From positions 62,001-126,000 of the forward strand of contig MU626278.1 of NCBI GenBank assembly GCA_025603075.1: a stretch of 64,000 nucleotides of DNA, given 5' to 3'. The notes beneath the pieces were generated by a model. That model ran no database searches. It worked only from the letters and a program-made list of their open reading frames with translations, and was not told the origin of the DNA. A program made the translations under genes and the position numbers. The first letter of the stretch is position 1; each line of letters begins with the position of its first letter. Shown one piece after another: positions 1 through 13,900 of this stretch. This DNA is from Neoconidiobolus thromboides FSU 785 (taxonomy: Eukaryota > Fungi > Entomophthoromycota).

Positions 1-1120
1 GAGCTATTAGTGGTTCCACTATCATCACCGTCGTTAGGATCGTTTACGGATGTAGTACTAGGAGTTAATGCAGACCAGCTCCAATTAGTCGTATCAAGTT
101 TATAAACAGCTGTACTAGAGGTTCCAACACCACCATAAATATATATATTCTTACCATCATCAGCTGCTGTATGTCCCATTAAATTTGAGGGTCCAGATTC
201 AGAGTTGGAAGTTGACTGTTTTTTCCACTCTAACTGGAAAGTTTGAGTGTTCCAATTACTCATATCGAGAGTGTAAACCGACAATAAGTTAGGCTTCCAA
301 TCAAGACCTCCTCCTCCAATTAGAATAGCCTTGCTACCTACGCATGATAAAGTTGCTCCTATTCTAGAACCTGGATTGTTTGCTAAGGCAGGATAATCAA
401 ATTTAGTTTGAGCATTAAAAACTATTTCCTCTGTTATTGAAAATGTTTGAATTCTTTCCTCGAATTTCGTGCCATCATACCCTCCATAAACTATAACAAC
501 CGATTTATCTTTCATATAACATGATGAATGAAAAGCAACAGGTTGACTATTCATAGAACGCAACCATTCAACTCTATCTATTTGATAGGATGAGAGCATT
601 TCAATTGCTTTGTTACCAGGCTTTCCACTTGAATCCGGGACAATGCCTCCATATAACAACAATCGTTCTTTTATTGCCATTAATGTTGCGCCTATACGTA
701 CTGGATCATCTAATGGGAAAGTAGGTGAATTACTAGAATTAGTCCACGTCCATTTGTCAGTGTTTAATGACAGTATTGGAATGTTTTGTTTTGATAAATC
801 TGAAGCTGCTGTAAAAGTATGTACATAGTTTGAGCTTGTTACTGAAGAGTGGAATTTCATTGGGTATGTCGTTTTTTCCGTTTTCAATTTATACCATATG
901 TTTTGATTTAGATCGAAAACCATTGTATCTGCATAAGGCTTTGCTGAATAAACATCAGCTGTCGGTTGTATACCGCCATGTATTATTAATTGGTTATTGA
1001 CTATTGCTGAAGAGTGAAGAGCTAAAGGCTTTGGATCAGCCTTTACAAGATTTGAAGACCCTAGAGAAAGTATTGGAGTTATTGATAAAAAAAATGAACA
1101 AATTAAAATGGGAAAGTCAT
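1..1120 (-). CDS. Secreted/cell-surface kelch-repeat (galactose oxidase-like beta-propeller) protein, 3' end runs off the window
   Basis: Hand translation from ATG at 1120: MTFPILICSFFLSITPILSLGSS (signal-like), then kelch blades (HSSAIVNNQLIIHGG, GATLMAIKERLLLYGG, FHSSCYMKDKSVVIVYGG, GHTAADDGKNIYIYGG). No stop before position 1, so it is absent from the ORF track. Confidence 0.85.
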
Positions 1121-2981
1121 TTATCTTTGATTTTATTAGAACTGAAAACATTGTTAGTTTTGGTGTTAGATTGATTCTATTAATTATTTTAACAAAAATT
1201 TCAAGGAATATTAATTATAGTATATTTGTAAACAGTTAATATTGCATTTGAATTTTGAGATGCTATTGCTATTTAACTTATTCCTAAAAGTTATCTTTAA
1301 GTTGTATTATTGAAATTAAATGTCCTAAGCCCTTTAAAAATAGAAAATAGAAAAGATATTATTAGATTTAATTAAGGGTAAAAGTTGACAATGTTCTTGG
1401 TTTACTTGATTTGTAAATTCAACTCTAACTTGAATTTCATTGGTGAATACCTTCATTAATCCACTAAAATAGGAATTAATTGTGGTAATAAGGACTAATT
1501 AGAAAGCATCTTTTAATAGAACTAAAATTAGAAATTTTATTAGACCAAATCACTTCGAACTCATCAAAGTTATTGGTTGAAAATTAGCTTTAAAATCACA
1601 TGAACCCCACAGAATCTGATTTCAACATGTTTTCTGCTGTTAAAACTTGGTGTAAAATTATTACATGGTAAAAAGTCTTCTGTGGAGAATATATTTAAAT
1701 ATTGCCAAGCGTGTAATAGAATTAATAGTAACATAAATATTTAATAGCTTTAAAATATACAAAAAATATAAACTTATTCAATGTAATAAGAGTGTATAAA
1801 AATTAAAAATTTATAGCTAATATGAAAACAGCAACTTTTTTCTTTTTCTTTTTAAGTCTTTTAAATGCTGAAATGAGAACGCTTTGCTTATGTTTTATTT
1901 TTAATATAGATTGCAATATTTGATGAATACTAAGCAATAGATTGTAAATAGAATAACTGTCAATAATATTCTAATGGCTAAACTTTACATTAAAAGAAAA
2001 TAAATTTCTTACTATAACAGTAAGACACAGCTTAAATACTAACTTATGCTATATAACAATATTTGAATATCAATCGTATTTTAATAGGATTTATTGAACT
2101 TTAAAAGAATAAATGTGATGTATCATTTCAAATATTGAATTCTAGTTTAATTTATTTTTAGAAAGTTTCAATCTTAAAATAAAATTTATTAGATTTATTT
2201 TAGAATTATGGTGATCTTTTAAGTTAAAATAATGTCAGTAGTTTTATAATATCAAAACTGTGTAGTTTGAATGATTTTTCAAATCTTGAAGTCAATGTTA
2301 AGTAAAAGTATTATATGTCATAGTATAAATAAAATCTAAGTTTTAAGCTATTTTTTACACTTAATTAGCTTTTTCAAAAGAAATATTGATAGTAATATGG
2401 ACATTTAAAATCAGATGGTTAATTATTTTGCCTGGAAATATACATACAATCATAATTTTAAATAATATACTTTTAGAATACTACTAGAATTGTCAAAAAA
2501 AAAAATGTATATCATACTATTAGGCATACTAATCATGCTTATTATACATGTTTGTATTAATTGCTAAAGGACCCTAAAAACACAACAGAAGTAAAAATTA
2601 AATTATATATAAAGGGCAATAAAATTACATGAAATTTCACAATATCCAGATATTTTTCTTGGCTTCATTATTATATAACTACGCTTTTATACATTATATG
2701 AAAAATTATTAGTAAAAGATTACTTATTAAACATATGTGTATTATTTACATCAATTATATTACTCAACAATCTTTAGATACAATGGATTATTATTATTAT
2801 TAAGATATATGCTATTTCATTAGAAATATAGAACGCTGATTTTAATGGGTATATTATTTTATAATCTAAGGTTAGGATAGTTTTATAATATTACTTGTTT
2901 AATATTAAAAGCATTTTTGCTACAAAGATAATGGGTATATATTGTATGAAAAAAGTAGCTTTGAGAGTAAAATGAACTAAT

Positions 2982-3080
2982 AAGGATGCTTTTTTTGGTT
3001 TCATTGTTTTTTCCATTTTTTAAGCGCTATTTGAGTGGAGAAATTATTAGTAAAATTCTTAAACAGAAAAATACATCCCT
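2982..3080 (-). mobile_element. ~100 bp MITE, copy A
   Basis: Matches the family consensus (GGGGATGTATTTTT...AAATAGCGCTTAAAAAATGGAAAAA...AAAAAACATCCTC) on the minus strand. Flanks TAAT/ATAT do not form a clean TSD. Confidence 0.85.
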
Positions 3081-3092
3081 ATATATATATAG

Positions 3093-3557
3093 TGTGAAAT
3101 CTGGTACTCAGTGTTTGGAGTCAAAAGTAGTTCTTACTTAGTTGGCTAACCATAAGTCGAAAGGCCTTAGTTTATGTAACTAAGACAGACTTGAATTATG
3201 AAGAATAGCACATAATAGACTACGGACTATGTAAGACAAATAGAATAGGCAATACTAATGTAAAATCTACGTAAAATACTATTAAGAAAACTTGGTGACT
3301 TTATTGAATGTACAAGATATCAGGGAATAATTCAGTTAAAAAGCCTTGAGTTACTATATCCTAAAATCTCTTTTATACTCCAAAAAGTATGAACATTAAA
3401 ATGGAAAGATAATGCCCTTCGGAATCACATGAAAGAAATTCTCATAGTAAATCAAAACAAGAGCATAGGATTGATTGTCTCTGAATTCGAGAATACAACA
3501 ACTTAAGTGATTATTATGATATAATCAATCATGGAGCTTACAAAGCGATATTTCATA
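3093..3557 (+). mobile_element. ~460 bp solo-LTR-like repeat, copy 1
   Basis: Starts TGTGAAATCTGG and ends GATATTTCATA. Alignable along its length with 16946-17407 (reverse complement) and 18283-18742. Confidence 0.75.
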
Positions 3558-3728
3558 ACTGTTTAAGTTTAATATTATCAATAATAAACTCTAATAATGT
3601 TTTTATTTTGTTATAAAATTTAGTTATAAAAGTTTATGTTTAAGTTTAATAAAAATTAAAGTTAAATAATTAAATAATTATATATTGTATATTTATTAAA
3701 TATTTAATAAAAATAACATAAAGCATAC

Positions 3729-3824
3729 GTGGATGTATTTTTTTTGTTTAAGAATTTTACTACAATCTTTTTACTCAAATAGTGCTTAAAAAATGGAAAA
3801 AGAATGAAATAAAAAAACAGTCTC
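3729..3824 (+). mobile_element. ~100 bp MITE, copy B
   Basis: GTGGATGTATTTT...AAACAGTCTC with flanks ATAC/ATAT (4-bp TSD, 1 mismatch). Confidence 0.85.
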
Positions 3825-4316
3825 ATATATTAATCATAACACTAGAAAATTTCATAAAACACATAATTTTACATTGTTTGCATTTAATACTAGATAAGAA
3901 ATAAAAATATACTTAAAGCCAACTACAATAAATACAACTTATTAACTATTAGAAGTTAAAATTTTATTAAGGTTTATGTAATAAAATTATTCAAAAAATC
4001 TGTATAAAATACTTGTTTTTACATATATATTTACTACTAAATATATATAAGGATATGCTAGCCACCAACAATAAACTTGACTACTAAACACCAACATAAT
4101 TTTAATATTAAATAAAACAGAAAGTAAATGTTCAATTTATAAACTCAAATTTATAACTTTATAAAAATCTCACATGAATATATATAATTTAAATTAGTTT
4201 TTATTTAATACTCTAAAAACAATAACTATACAACCAACCAACAGTATAAACCTTCGTTTACTAAACACATAGTTAACTTTTTTATAAAATAAATTTTATT
4301 TCCTCCCTAAATAACA

Positions 4317-5425
4317 TTAATCTTCCATAGCATTATCATTATTTTCAGTATTTTGTTCAGTAACTGGTAACTCTAAAGAATCGAGATAAGGAACAGTTTG
4401 ATCATCTTCAAGGATAACAACATCTTCAGTTTGTCCAACAAGAGCAATAGACACATTTTTACTTGAAAGGGTCACATCATTTGGTAAAGTAGCTTGTAAC
4501 GCTTGTAAGGCATGTTTAATAAGTTCATCATCAGAAGCTAAAAAGTAGCTAAATTAAAAATTAGTTTCACTAGCACTAAATTAAAATTTACCAGTAGGAT
4601 AAGTATCTAAATATTTTTCCAAATAAGTTTTTGCAGATTGACTACGAGCTCCTATTGACATAGCAAAATATTCAAAGTTATTACCACTTGGACTAGATTC
4701 ATAAAGATGTGGACCAGTTTCCTATTAAATTTTAAAGTTTAATTATTTTTTAAATTAATCTTATTTAAAATTACATCTTTTCCAATAACTAAAAATCCAA
4801 CACCATATGGACGTCCACCATAACCTTGGGTATTGGCTTGTGCCTCTAAAATTTTTATTAATTTAAATTTTTTCGATTGTATAGTATTAATTTACTATCT
4901 CCTAATTGATTAATAATACGAGAAACTGGTAATGGGCGATCATAAACCATCTTTGATTTTAAGGCTTCTGTACGCATATAACGGCTAATATATATATTTA
5001 AAACTAAACAATGATGGATTTAATGATTATATTTACCTTAATACTCTAGCATCTGAAGTCAAACCAGCGATGGCAATAGCCATATGGTCATCAATTAGAA
5101 TGATTTTTTTTTGATAGCTAGCTAAATCATGGGGAGATCTCTATTAACAAATTTTATTAATTTATCTATTAATTTACGAGATCTTCAAATCCCTCATTCA
5201 TCCACTTTTATTCTATTCTCAACTACTATAATCTTCATCCATAATAAAAAAATAAGGAAATAAAATAAAACTTACTTTTAAAGCAACCAAAACAGCACTT
5301 GATTTTGAACGGATACCAACCACAGCTGAACCTTGTTTTACAGCTTCCATAGCGTATTCTATTTGATGTAATCGACCTTGTGGACTCCATACGGTTACAT
5401 CATTATCATATTGATTACGGAACAT
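4317..5425 (-). CDS. PRE5: 20S proteasome subunit alpha type-1 (alpha6), multi-intron
   Basis: [34 protein letters not shown] signature. Later exons give [19 protein letters not shown] and [19 protein letters not shown]. Stop TAA at 4317-4319. Confidence 0.97.
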
Positions 5426-5690
5426 TTTTTTGAAAAGCTTTGGTTAAATAAAATTTAGTAAATAGAGAAATAATAATATTGGGTTACAACATTAATAGCA
5501 CTTTTTTTGTTGACGTAAGATACATTAGCTTGGTTGAAATTGTAGAGTGATAATTGATAACCTATTATTTAGTTAATTTAAGGAATTTGATTGGCTATTA
5601 ACTTAGACAAATTAAATGTTTGAATTTCAACAGTAGTAAAATTAAAATAATAACAGCATTAATCTAAATAAATTATTATTATTTAACACT

Positions 5691-6291
5691 ATGCTCTTCC
5701 AAGTATTACAATGTGTGTATTGTAATATGTATCAAGTCCATCAGGTAAGTGTTTCTTCATATTTATATTTAACTATTTAAACTAAGTTATTAATTTCAAT
5801 CTAAGTAGGAAAAAAAAGCGATAAAATTTAAATGTAAAGTATGTAATCAAAATCAAAGCTATCAAAAAATTTTATTTGTAGGTAGCGGTAAAGAATGTCG
5901 CCTAAAAGTACAAGAGTTCAATGCTGAGTTTATTACTGCTACTGAAAAATTAGGATTCACTCAAGTTAATGAAACTACTGACCCATCAGAATTTACCCAA
6001 GTAAAAGAAAGCACTCCTATTGATATTAGTGATTCCAATTCAGATGCTGAGTTTACTAATATGGATAAAGAATTGGAAGCTAAAATCTTTGAACAAGAAT
6101 TAAAAAAACTACGAGGTGATAAATCTAAATTAGAATATAAACCAAAGATAATACAAACTGATAAAAAAGAAAAAACTCAATCATATAAACCATATAAATT
6201 GCCTACAAAAAAAGCATCTAAATGGGATAAATATAAAGAACCAAAAGAGAAAAAAGAGCATAATAAAAATGACAATTATTTATTCAAATAA
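5691..6291 (+). CDS. MRNIP: MRN complex-interacting protein (MRNIP/C5orf45-like), zinc-ribbon N-terminus, one intron
   Basis: MLFQVLQCVYCNMYQVHQ, intron (GTAAGT), then KKSDKFKCKVCNQNQSYQKILFVGSGKECRLKVQEFN. This matches the recalled MRNIP pattern FQVLxCxxCxxFQxHQxKKSxKWxCKxCGxxQS...GSGxDCRxxVQxLN. Continues into ORF 6061..6291. Confidence 0.85.
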
Positions 6292-6336
6292 AACAATATA
6301 ATTAAATTAATTTTTATTTGGCTTTTTTATTTAATT

Positions 6337-7181
6337 TTATTCTTTTTTCATTTCATTGACAATTTCATCATCAAGTTCAATAATATCACCATATTTATTT
6401 CTTTTAATCATAGTATCATTCATTTTGAAATCATTAAATTCTTGATTGACACTTCCATCATTATTATTTTGACCTAATGTTTTTTCACGAATAGTATCCC
6501 AAGCATTACCATTTTCTTTAGTTTCACTTTTATTTTCTGTTCCTACAGAAGTCCCATTTCTGTCTACTCTTGCTTTATAATCTGGTGGTTGTAAAATAGG
6601 CAAACCTCTTTTTTGACGTTCATTTTGAAATATCTCACTAAAAAAAGATTAAGAAAAATTTAAAAAAGTTATTGTTGACTTACACCACTTCTTTAAATAT
6701 ATTTTTTAATTTTTGTTGATCTGGCATTGATTTGATCGTCTTCATAGCAGAATTATAGCCAGTTAAAAATCCAATTTGTGTACCGACAAAGGCAAACGCT
6801 ATTGTCATTAATTAATGCTTATTCTATTTTCATAGCACTATATTCTTTAAAGTTACCTGTTGACATCATTCCAATCCTGAGAAAATTAACTGGTTTTTTT
6901 CTCAATGCTAAAAAAAATCGGTTACTATTGATTCTGATAAAATTGATCCAAAAATAATACTTACCTACCAAAACACCACCAAATGAACCACCAACAGCCG
7001 CAAAAAATACTACAAAAAATACATTTTGTTACTCGAATTATAATTAAATTCAATTTTTAAACTCACCATGTTGTCTCACTTGATTTTTAGCTTTATTAAG
7101 TAATTCTTTTTCCTCTCGAGTTAATTCGTATTTATCCAATACGGGTTGGATTTTAGTCATCATTTCATTTGCTTTATTCAT
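6337..7181 (-). CDS. Small two-helix membrane protein, OCIA-domain-like architecture, 5 exons
   Basis: Spliced translation: MNKANEMMTKIQPVLDKYELTREEKELLNKAKNQVRQH-VFFAAVGGSFGGVLV-ALRKKPVNFLRIGMMST-AFAFVGTQIGFLTGYNSAMKTIKSMPDQ...AWDTIREK...RNKYGD. All introns are GT-AG and keep the frame. Confidence 0.75.
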
Positions 7182-7763
7182 TGAGTTTATTTCTCTTTTA
7201 TCTAATATAATAATAATAAAAAATAAAAAATAAATAAAATTGTTATTTATGTTTCATAACTACTTGATCATGACGTCAACTTGAACGAAATAGTTTAGTT
7301 CAAATTTATTTTTTAAATTGATAATAGGGAATTATTGACACTTGAATGTGGTTTATTAATAAAATATTTAAAAGATAAAAGATGACTAAAAGTGAGTTAG
7401 TTTATCAACATTTTATTTCACTTTTATTGTTAAAAATCCCATTTTTATATCTGAAAATTGATTGATTTATATATCCCCATTTCATTCTATAAACTAAGAA
7501 AATAGTCAAAAAAAAATACAACCCTTTTTAGATAATTGTTATATGAACTCAATACTTGACTTTATAACGAAATAAAGAAATATGTTTTTTTATAATAAAT
7601 GAGTATGAAAAACATTCAAGTGTAAAATCAAACTTGTTTATATTCTTGCTTATTCGTTTAGGCCATGTATATATGGAATCAAACAGTAATATTGTAAGGA
7701 GAACTTTTAATTTATCGGTGTTAGAAAAAGCAATTGATTAAGTAGGATAAGGAAAGAAACAAT

Positions 7764-8344
7764 TTAGTTTGGTATTATTTTTGTCATCAGATCCTGTGTG
7801 GAAATTGGTCTTTTACTCCTGATTATTGTATGTAATGGACTATCGTCTGCTGTTCTAAATTTAATTATTAGCATTGATTCAGAGTACAATGAAGACTTAA
7901 AGCTCCTAATACTTACCTTTGTATTTCAGCCATTAATTTGATTAAAGTTTCTTTCTTTAAATTAATATTCTCATCTAACCAGTTTTTTATTTTTTTTAAT
8001 TGCTTAATACTTTTTTCAATTTCTTCACCTGGTTTTTTATTTCCTTTATGATCAATAGCGAGTAAATCCCAATGTTCTGATGGTATTGAGGATTCAATAT
8101 TTGATTGTATTTCTGTTATTCTTGATTTCATTTCGGTTTGATAATCATAATAAATGGATTCTATATTTTTTGATATGCTAAAGTAATCATATTAGTTATC
8201 TAAAAGCTTTTTTTGGAAATGTTGATTTATTTACTTTTCTTCTTTAGAATACATTGTTTGTATACTTTTCATACTTAATATACTTCGTAATTGAGCTGAT
8301 AAGATGTAATTACTTAGTAACGTTTTAGGCGTTGTTTCCGTCAT
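7764..8344 (-). CDS. Small coiled-coil protein, possibly kinetochore Cnl2/Nkp2 family
   Basis: ATG at 8344 gives MTETTPKTLLSNYILSAQLRSILS, which resembles the Cnl2/Nkp2 N-terminus. It joins ORF 7913..8131, then a GTAAGT intron and a short last exon. The first intron boundaries and the family call are uncertain. Confidence 0.45.
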
Positions 8345-8568
8345 TTTGTGATGTATAATTGAAAGAATTTTTCAAAAATAATAGGAATAAAAAATTCCAA
8401 AATATTGGAAATTAATAATCCACCAATTAAATTGGATCCATTTCAATTCCATTTCAACCAATAAAATTTCATAGTTTTAATTTTGGTAAATTTTTATTAA
8501 ATGAAAGAATTATTAGTTTCAAATAGTTGTTTTTTTTTAATATAAAAAAACATCTTGGAGTTATAAAA

Positions 8569-10724
8569 ATGGCCAATTTAAATCAAGAAATGATAGATAT
8601 GGAAAGTAGGATAGATGAATCTACTTATAAATTTATGGCTAGTTTTATTTTAGGGGCTATTCGAGAAAACAATATGGTGAGTCTTCACATATTCTACTTT
8701 CAATAATTATAATTAACTTCTGTAATTGTAGGGTAAAGTCAAAGCATATAATGAATTAATTTCCGAATTTGAAGATACATCTTCAAGAGTAGATTATAAA
8801 AAAATATTATTATGGATTCAAGTATTAAATCAACATGTATCTATATTAAACAATCAAAATCATTTATTAATTGAAAAAATATTAAGTTTAAAATGGTATT
8901 TACAACCTCAATTTTTTGTTAATAATTTTTATTCATTAATTAAAAACATTATTACCTATCATTCTTCTTTTATTGAACCAGCAATTCAAATTACAGTTAA
9001 ATTATTTTTGAAAGGTAATAAAATTTGTATTCTGGAGAATTATTTTTATGCTAATTTTCATTTTCATTTTTATATTAGAATTAGGTAATGGTATTATCGA
9101 CAATCAACAAGCCAATGAAAGAATTCATCATTTGTTACAAGAATTATTAACGTTGGTACCTACTGCACCTACCTTTTTATTTGATTATTTAGTATTATGT
9201 TTTCCAAGAAAAAGACAATCTATAATACAACAGAAATTATTTTGTGAAAATTTAATCAAAGTAATTAATTATGCTCCTTATCTTACAGGACAAATTCTAG
9301 GTTTAATGATTGAAAGAATTTTAAAAATTGATGTAAGTATTTATTGTTATGTATTAATATAGTTAATCTAATATTTTATTTAGGTTGAAGTTCAAGTAGA
9401 AATTGAAGAATTACAATTACAAGAAAATAATCCATCTGAAGTTATATTTGAAATGGATATGAATGATATAAAGCCAATTGAAAATAATAACAATAATAAT
9501 AATGACGAAGAAGATAATAGTGATATTGAATCAGACGAAGAAATAGTTGCAAGCGAAATTAATATAACTGAATTAGTAGAAAAATTAGATATTATGTTAG
9601 AAATATTATTTTTGTATTTAAGTGAAATAGATTATACAACCACCCATGGACATATAATATATACATTAATATTAACTAGTTTTGATAAACTAATATTAAA
9701 AACGTTTAAATCGAGATATACTCAATTTATAGTGTTTTATTTATGTTCTAAAAATAAACAATTTGCGGATAATTTTCTTGGTGATTTATTTAAATCTTTA
9801 TTTTCAGAGCAAATACCTCAAGTTACTCGTATAGCTTCAGCAGCTTACATAGGTTCCTTTATTGCTAGAGCTAAATTTTGTGAAGATAGTTATGTTTGTA
9901 CAACAACTCAAATGTTAACCGAATGGTTAACTTGGCATCTAGAAGCCCAAGGTCCAAATGCTACTTTAGATCCTAATAGACATGCTATTTTTTATGCTGC
10001 TACTCAAGCTGCTCTTTATATCTTTTGTTTTCGTTGGAAATTATTTATATTAAATGAAACTATAGATTCTACGGAGAGATGGCATCCTGCTGTTACTGTA
10101 TTAAGACATATTATTAATTCAAAACTAAATCCATTAAAGGTAAGTTTTAATAATATATTAATATTATAATAGTTATACTTATTAACAATTAATTAGGTAT
10201 GTAATGAGATTGTAGTAGAACAATTTAGTAATTTAAGTCATCAGTTAAATTTTATGTATTGTTATCCAATTATTGAAAATAATCGAAAATTATACTTACC
10301 AATTAATTTACAAGGAACTATTGATAAAGAAGGTTTCTTCCCGTTTGATCCATTTAAATTGACAAAAAGCAAAAGATTTATATTACCTTTATATGTAGAA
10401 TGGGAATCTTTAATTGAAGATAAAGATTATAATCAAATAAATAACAATAATAATATTAATGTTAATAATGTTATTAATAATATTAATATTAGTAATGGAA
10501 TAGAAGATGAAGATAGTTTTAATGTTGGATCAATACCTTCTCCATTAGTATTAAAAGCAATAACTGAACCTAAACAAGTGAAACAAAAAAATAATTTTAA
10601 CAAATCATCATCTCAATTAAAAAATTTTGCTTTCTCTTTAGAAGATGATGATTTTGATTTAAGTTCTTCAATGATGGCTATTTCTCTTTCCCCAAATATT
10701 TTGCCAAAAAAATCAAAAAAATAA
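8569..10724 (+). CDS. RRN3: RNA polymerase I transcription initiation factor RRN3
   Basis: Motifs across ORFs 9048, 9453 and 10254: FKSRYTQFIVFYLCS, RIASAAYIGSFIARAKF, FYAATQAALYIFCFR, FFPFDPFKLTKSKRFI. ATG at 8569. Confidence 0.95.
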
Positions 10725-10799
10725 TTTCATTCTTTATTATTATTTAAATTTTCTCCAATTGAGTTTTTTTGTGCTTATATAAATATAGATAGCTTTTGA

Positions 10800-10925
10800 T
10801 ATTATTATTATTATTTAAATATATTTATTATTTATTTATTATTTATTTACTATTTATTTATTATTTATTTATTTATCATTTATTATTTATTTATTTATCA
10901 TTTATTATTCATTTATTTATTATTT
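10800..10925. repeat. (TTTA)n/(TTA)n microsatellite between the convergent RRN3 and VPS15 3' ends
   Basis: Long imperfect ttatttattta run read directly. Confidence 0.9.
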
Positions 10926-10930
10926 TTAAT

Positions 10931-13900
10931 TTATAAAAATAATTTAATAGTACCTTGTCTATCTGCAGAGATAAGATAATGTTTTGGATATTTAATAACT
11001 AATAAATTTAATATAGCATCCAAATGAGAAAAAATAGTATTATGATTATGACCTAATAAAATATTTTTAGTATCTACTTTTTGATATTTAATATTAGCTT
11101 CATAAATAATATCTACATTATCATGTTGAATTAATTTATATTCCCAATTGATTGCTTTTGGAAATATTGGTTTACTTTTTTCAATTAAATTAAAATCAAT
11201 TAATCTTATTTTTTTATCATTGCCACTAATTATTAATTTGTTTAAATTAACTAAATAACTTGTTAATATTTGATAATTTAACTGTTGATTGAAATTGACT
11301 GCATTAGCTAATTTTAACTTATTTACTGAATTTAATAATAATTCTTCGTCATCTTCCATTTTATTAGGTTTTAATCCAATTTCTGATAATTGATGAACTG
11401 AAGGCGAACAAGCCATGATGACCATTTTACACTCTTGATTAGAAATATCCCATAATGATATATCATTATTTTTACCAGCTAATATCCAAATTTGTTGATT
11501 TTTATAATAAATTAATTTTTTTATACTTAATTTTGATGGATGATTAAATGATTCATTTTTTAAATAAATTAAATATCTTAAATCAAATAAATCTATCATT
11601 CCTTTATCACTACCTACTAATAACCAGTTGTTACTAGGATTAATTAATATACTAGTGATATTCCCTATTATAATAAAATCAATATTAATATTAATATTAA
11701 TAATTATATTAAATACTTACCATGATTTAATGGGATTTTTAATTTATAAATTACTTTATTTAAATTTAAATCAAATCCAAAAATATGACTAAGATTAGTA
11801 GCCATAATTAATACATTTTGTTTCATATCAATACCGCCAATATGTTGCATACAAACTACTCGTTCATTATTTTTTAATTTAATTCCTAATATTCCATAAC
11901 ATTTACTATATTTTCCTGTTTCTAACTCCCCTTTCTTTTCTTTATTAAATATTACTTCAATTCTATTAATTAATTAATATTATTATTTATTATATTATAT
12001 TATAAAATTAATTTACTTTAATATATGAACATCTCCTTTATCATTAGCAGCAGCTACACAATATGAATTATTTAAAAAGGTTAAACATTTAACTCTACCA
12101 CCTAAATCAATTATTATTATTATAATAAAAATAATAAAAATAAATATTATAAAGTTACCTAAATAAAAATAAGTTAATCTAGATCTATTTGATATTTTTT
12201 GATGAATTCTATTAATATCCCAAATTTTAATAGCTCCATCATCTGAACCAGTAACAAATAGTTTATGATCTGGTGACGCTTGTAATGAATTAATAGCTGC
12301 TGTATGTTCATTTAAATTAGCTACAACAACGCCTAATTAAAACATAATAAATATTATTATTATTATTATTATTATTATATAATTATATATAATAAATTTA
12401 CCTTCAGGTTCCCAATCTTGATTTGTGTTAATAGATTGATTACAATTATTATTAATAGGTTGAATAACTGGACCAAAAATAGATTGATTTGGTGGAAACA
12501 TCTCTTTACCTTTTTTTTGTAATAACCTTTGTAAACCTAAATTAGGTAATATCAAGGTTTCATTTTCATGTTCATGTGGGTTTAATTTTAGATTAATTTC
12601 ATTTAAATTAATTGAAATTATTGGAAAATTAAAATTATCATATGTATCCATTTGCAATGTTCTCGCAAATACTAAAGTAGATGATGTACTTAAGCTTGGA
12701 TTTACTTTATTTTGAAATGTTGGTGAATTTGTTAATGTTCCTTCTCTTAAATTGAGTTCATTTTCGTTTAATCTTAACATTTCTTTACTGTCACTTATCA
12801 ATGACATTGTTTTATTATTTCTTTTATTAAATAATCGATTATTATTATTATTATTATTATTATACTCCTGTTGTTCTAATGGAGAAAAAAAATCAGTTCT
12901 AACTTTAACTTGTAAACTCATTAAATGAATAGTTGATTCATTATACCAATAATTATTGTTAGAAAAAGATCTTGGTTTCATTCTTGAAGAATCAAATTGA
13001 CTAGCCAATTTTAAAAAATATTCTTTCATTGCACTTAACATTTGAAAATTAAAATTCGTTAAATGAAATTTTTTAATTAATTGCTGATATGTTTGTTGAT
13101 CTCGTATTGGATATTTTTCTAAATTAAAATTATTGAGTCCTACACTTTCAATGATTTTCCATACCCCTGGTGTTGCCATACTTAAACTTAGCATTTCTTC
13201 ATATATTTTTCGAGTTATCTATTATTAATTAATTAATTAATTAAAAATTATTATACTATATTATATATTATATTAATAATATACTTACAGGCTCAGCTAA
13301 AGCTTGACTTAATTCAATAACTGAATGTTCTAATAATGGCGGATATTTGATAAAAGGTTGAATGGTTGGATTTAATACACATAATTTATCCACATCTGGT
13401 AATAATTCAGAAGCAGTTGAAGTAAAAGCAATTGCAGCTAATAAATAGAAAATCATTAATTATATAATTATATTATTAGTTATATTATTATTATTATTAT
13501 TATTAATTACCATATCTAATCCAAACATTGGGATGGCCTAATAAAGGCGAAATAATATGAATTAAATCCCATAATGTAATTTTAGAAAACAGTTTTCTTT
13601 GACATAATAATGTTAATGAAGTTAATACTTTTTCAACTACAAATTCCTCAGAATCTATAATAAAACAAAATTAAAATAGAACATACAAAATTAAAAATTA
13701 AAATTACCAGTAATAGCTTGAATCATTAATGGTAAGATATATTCTTCTAAAGATCTGCCACCAACATACTGTCCAACCTCAACGATATTTTCAAAAAAAG
13801 AACAACGTAATAACCAATCTTTGTCATTTAAATAAGTAATCATATGAGATAACAAGGAATCATTTGATTTTTGTAATCCAAATACTTTACATAATCTTAA

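Noticed and set aside
610-828. 72-aa plus-strand ORF
   Set aside because: Antisense shadow of the kelch gene.
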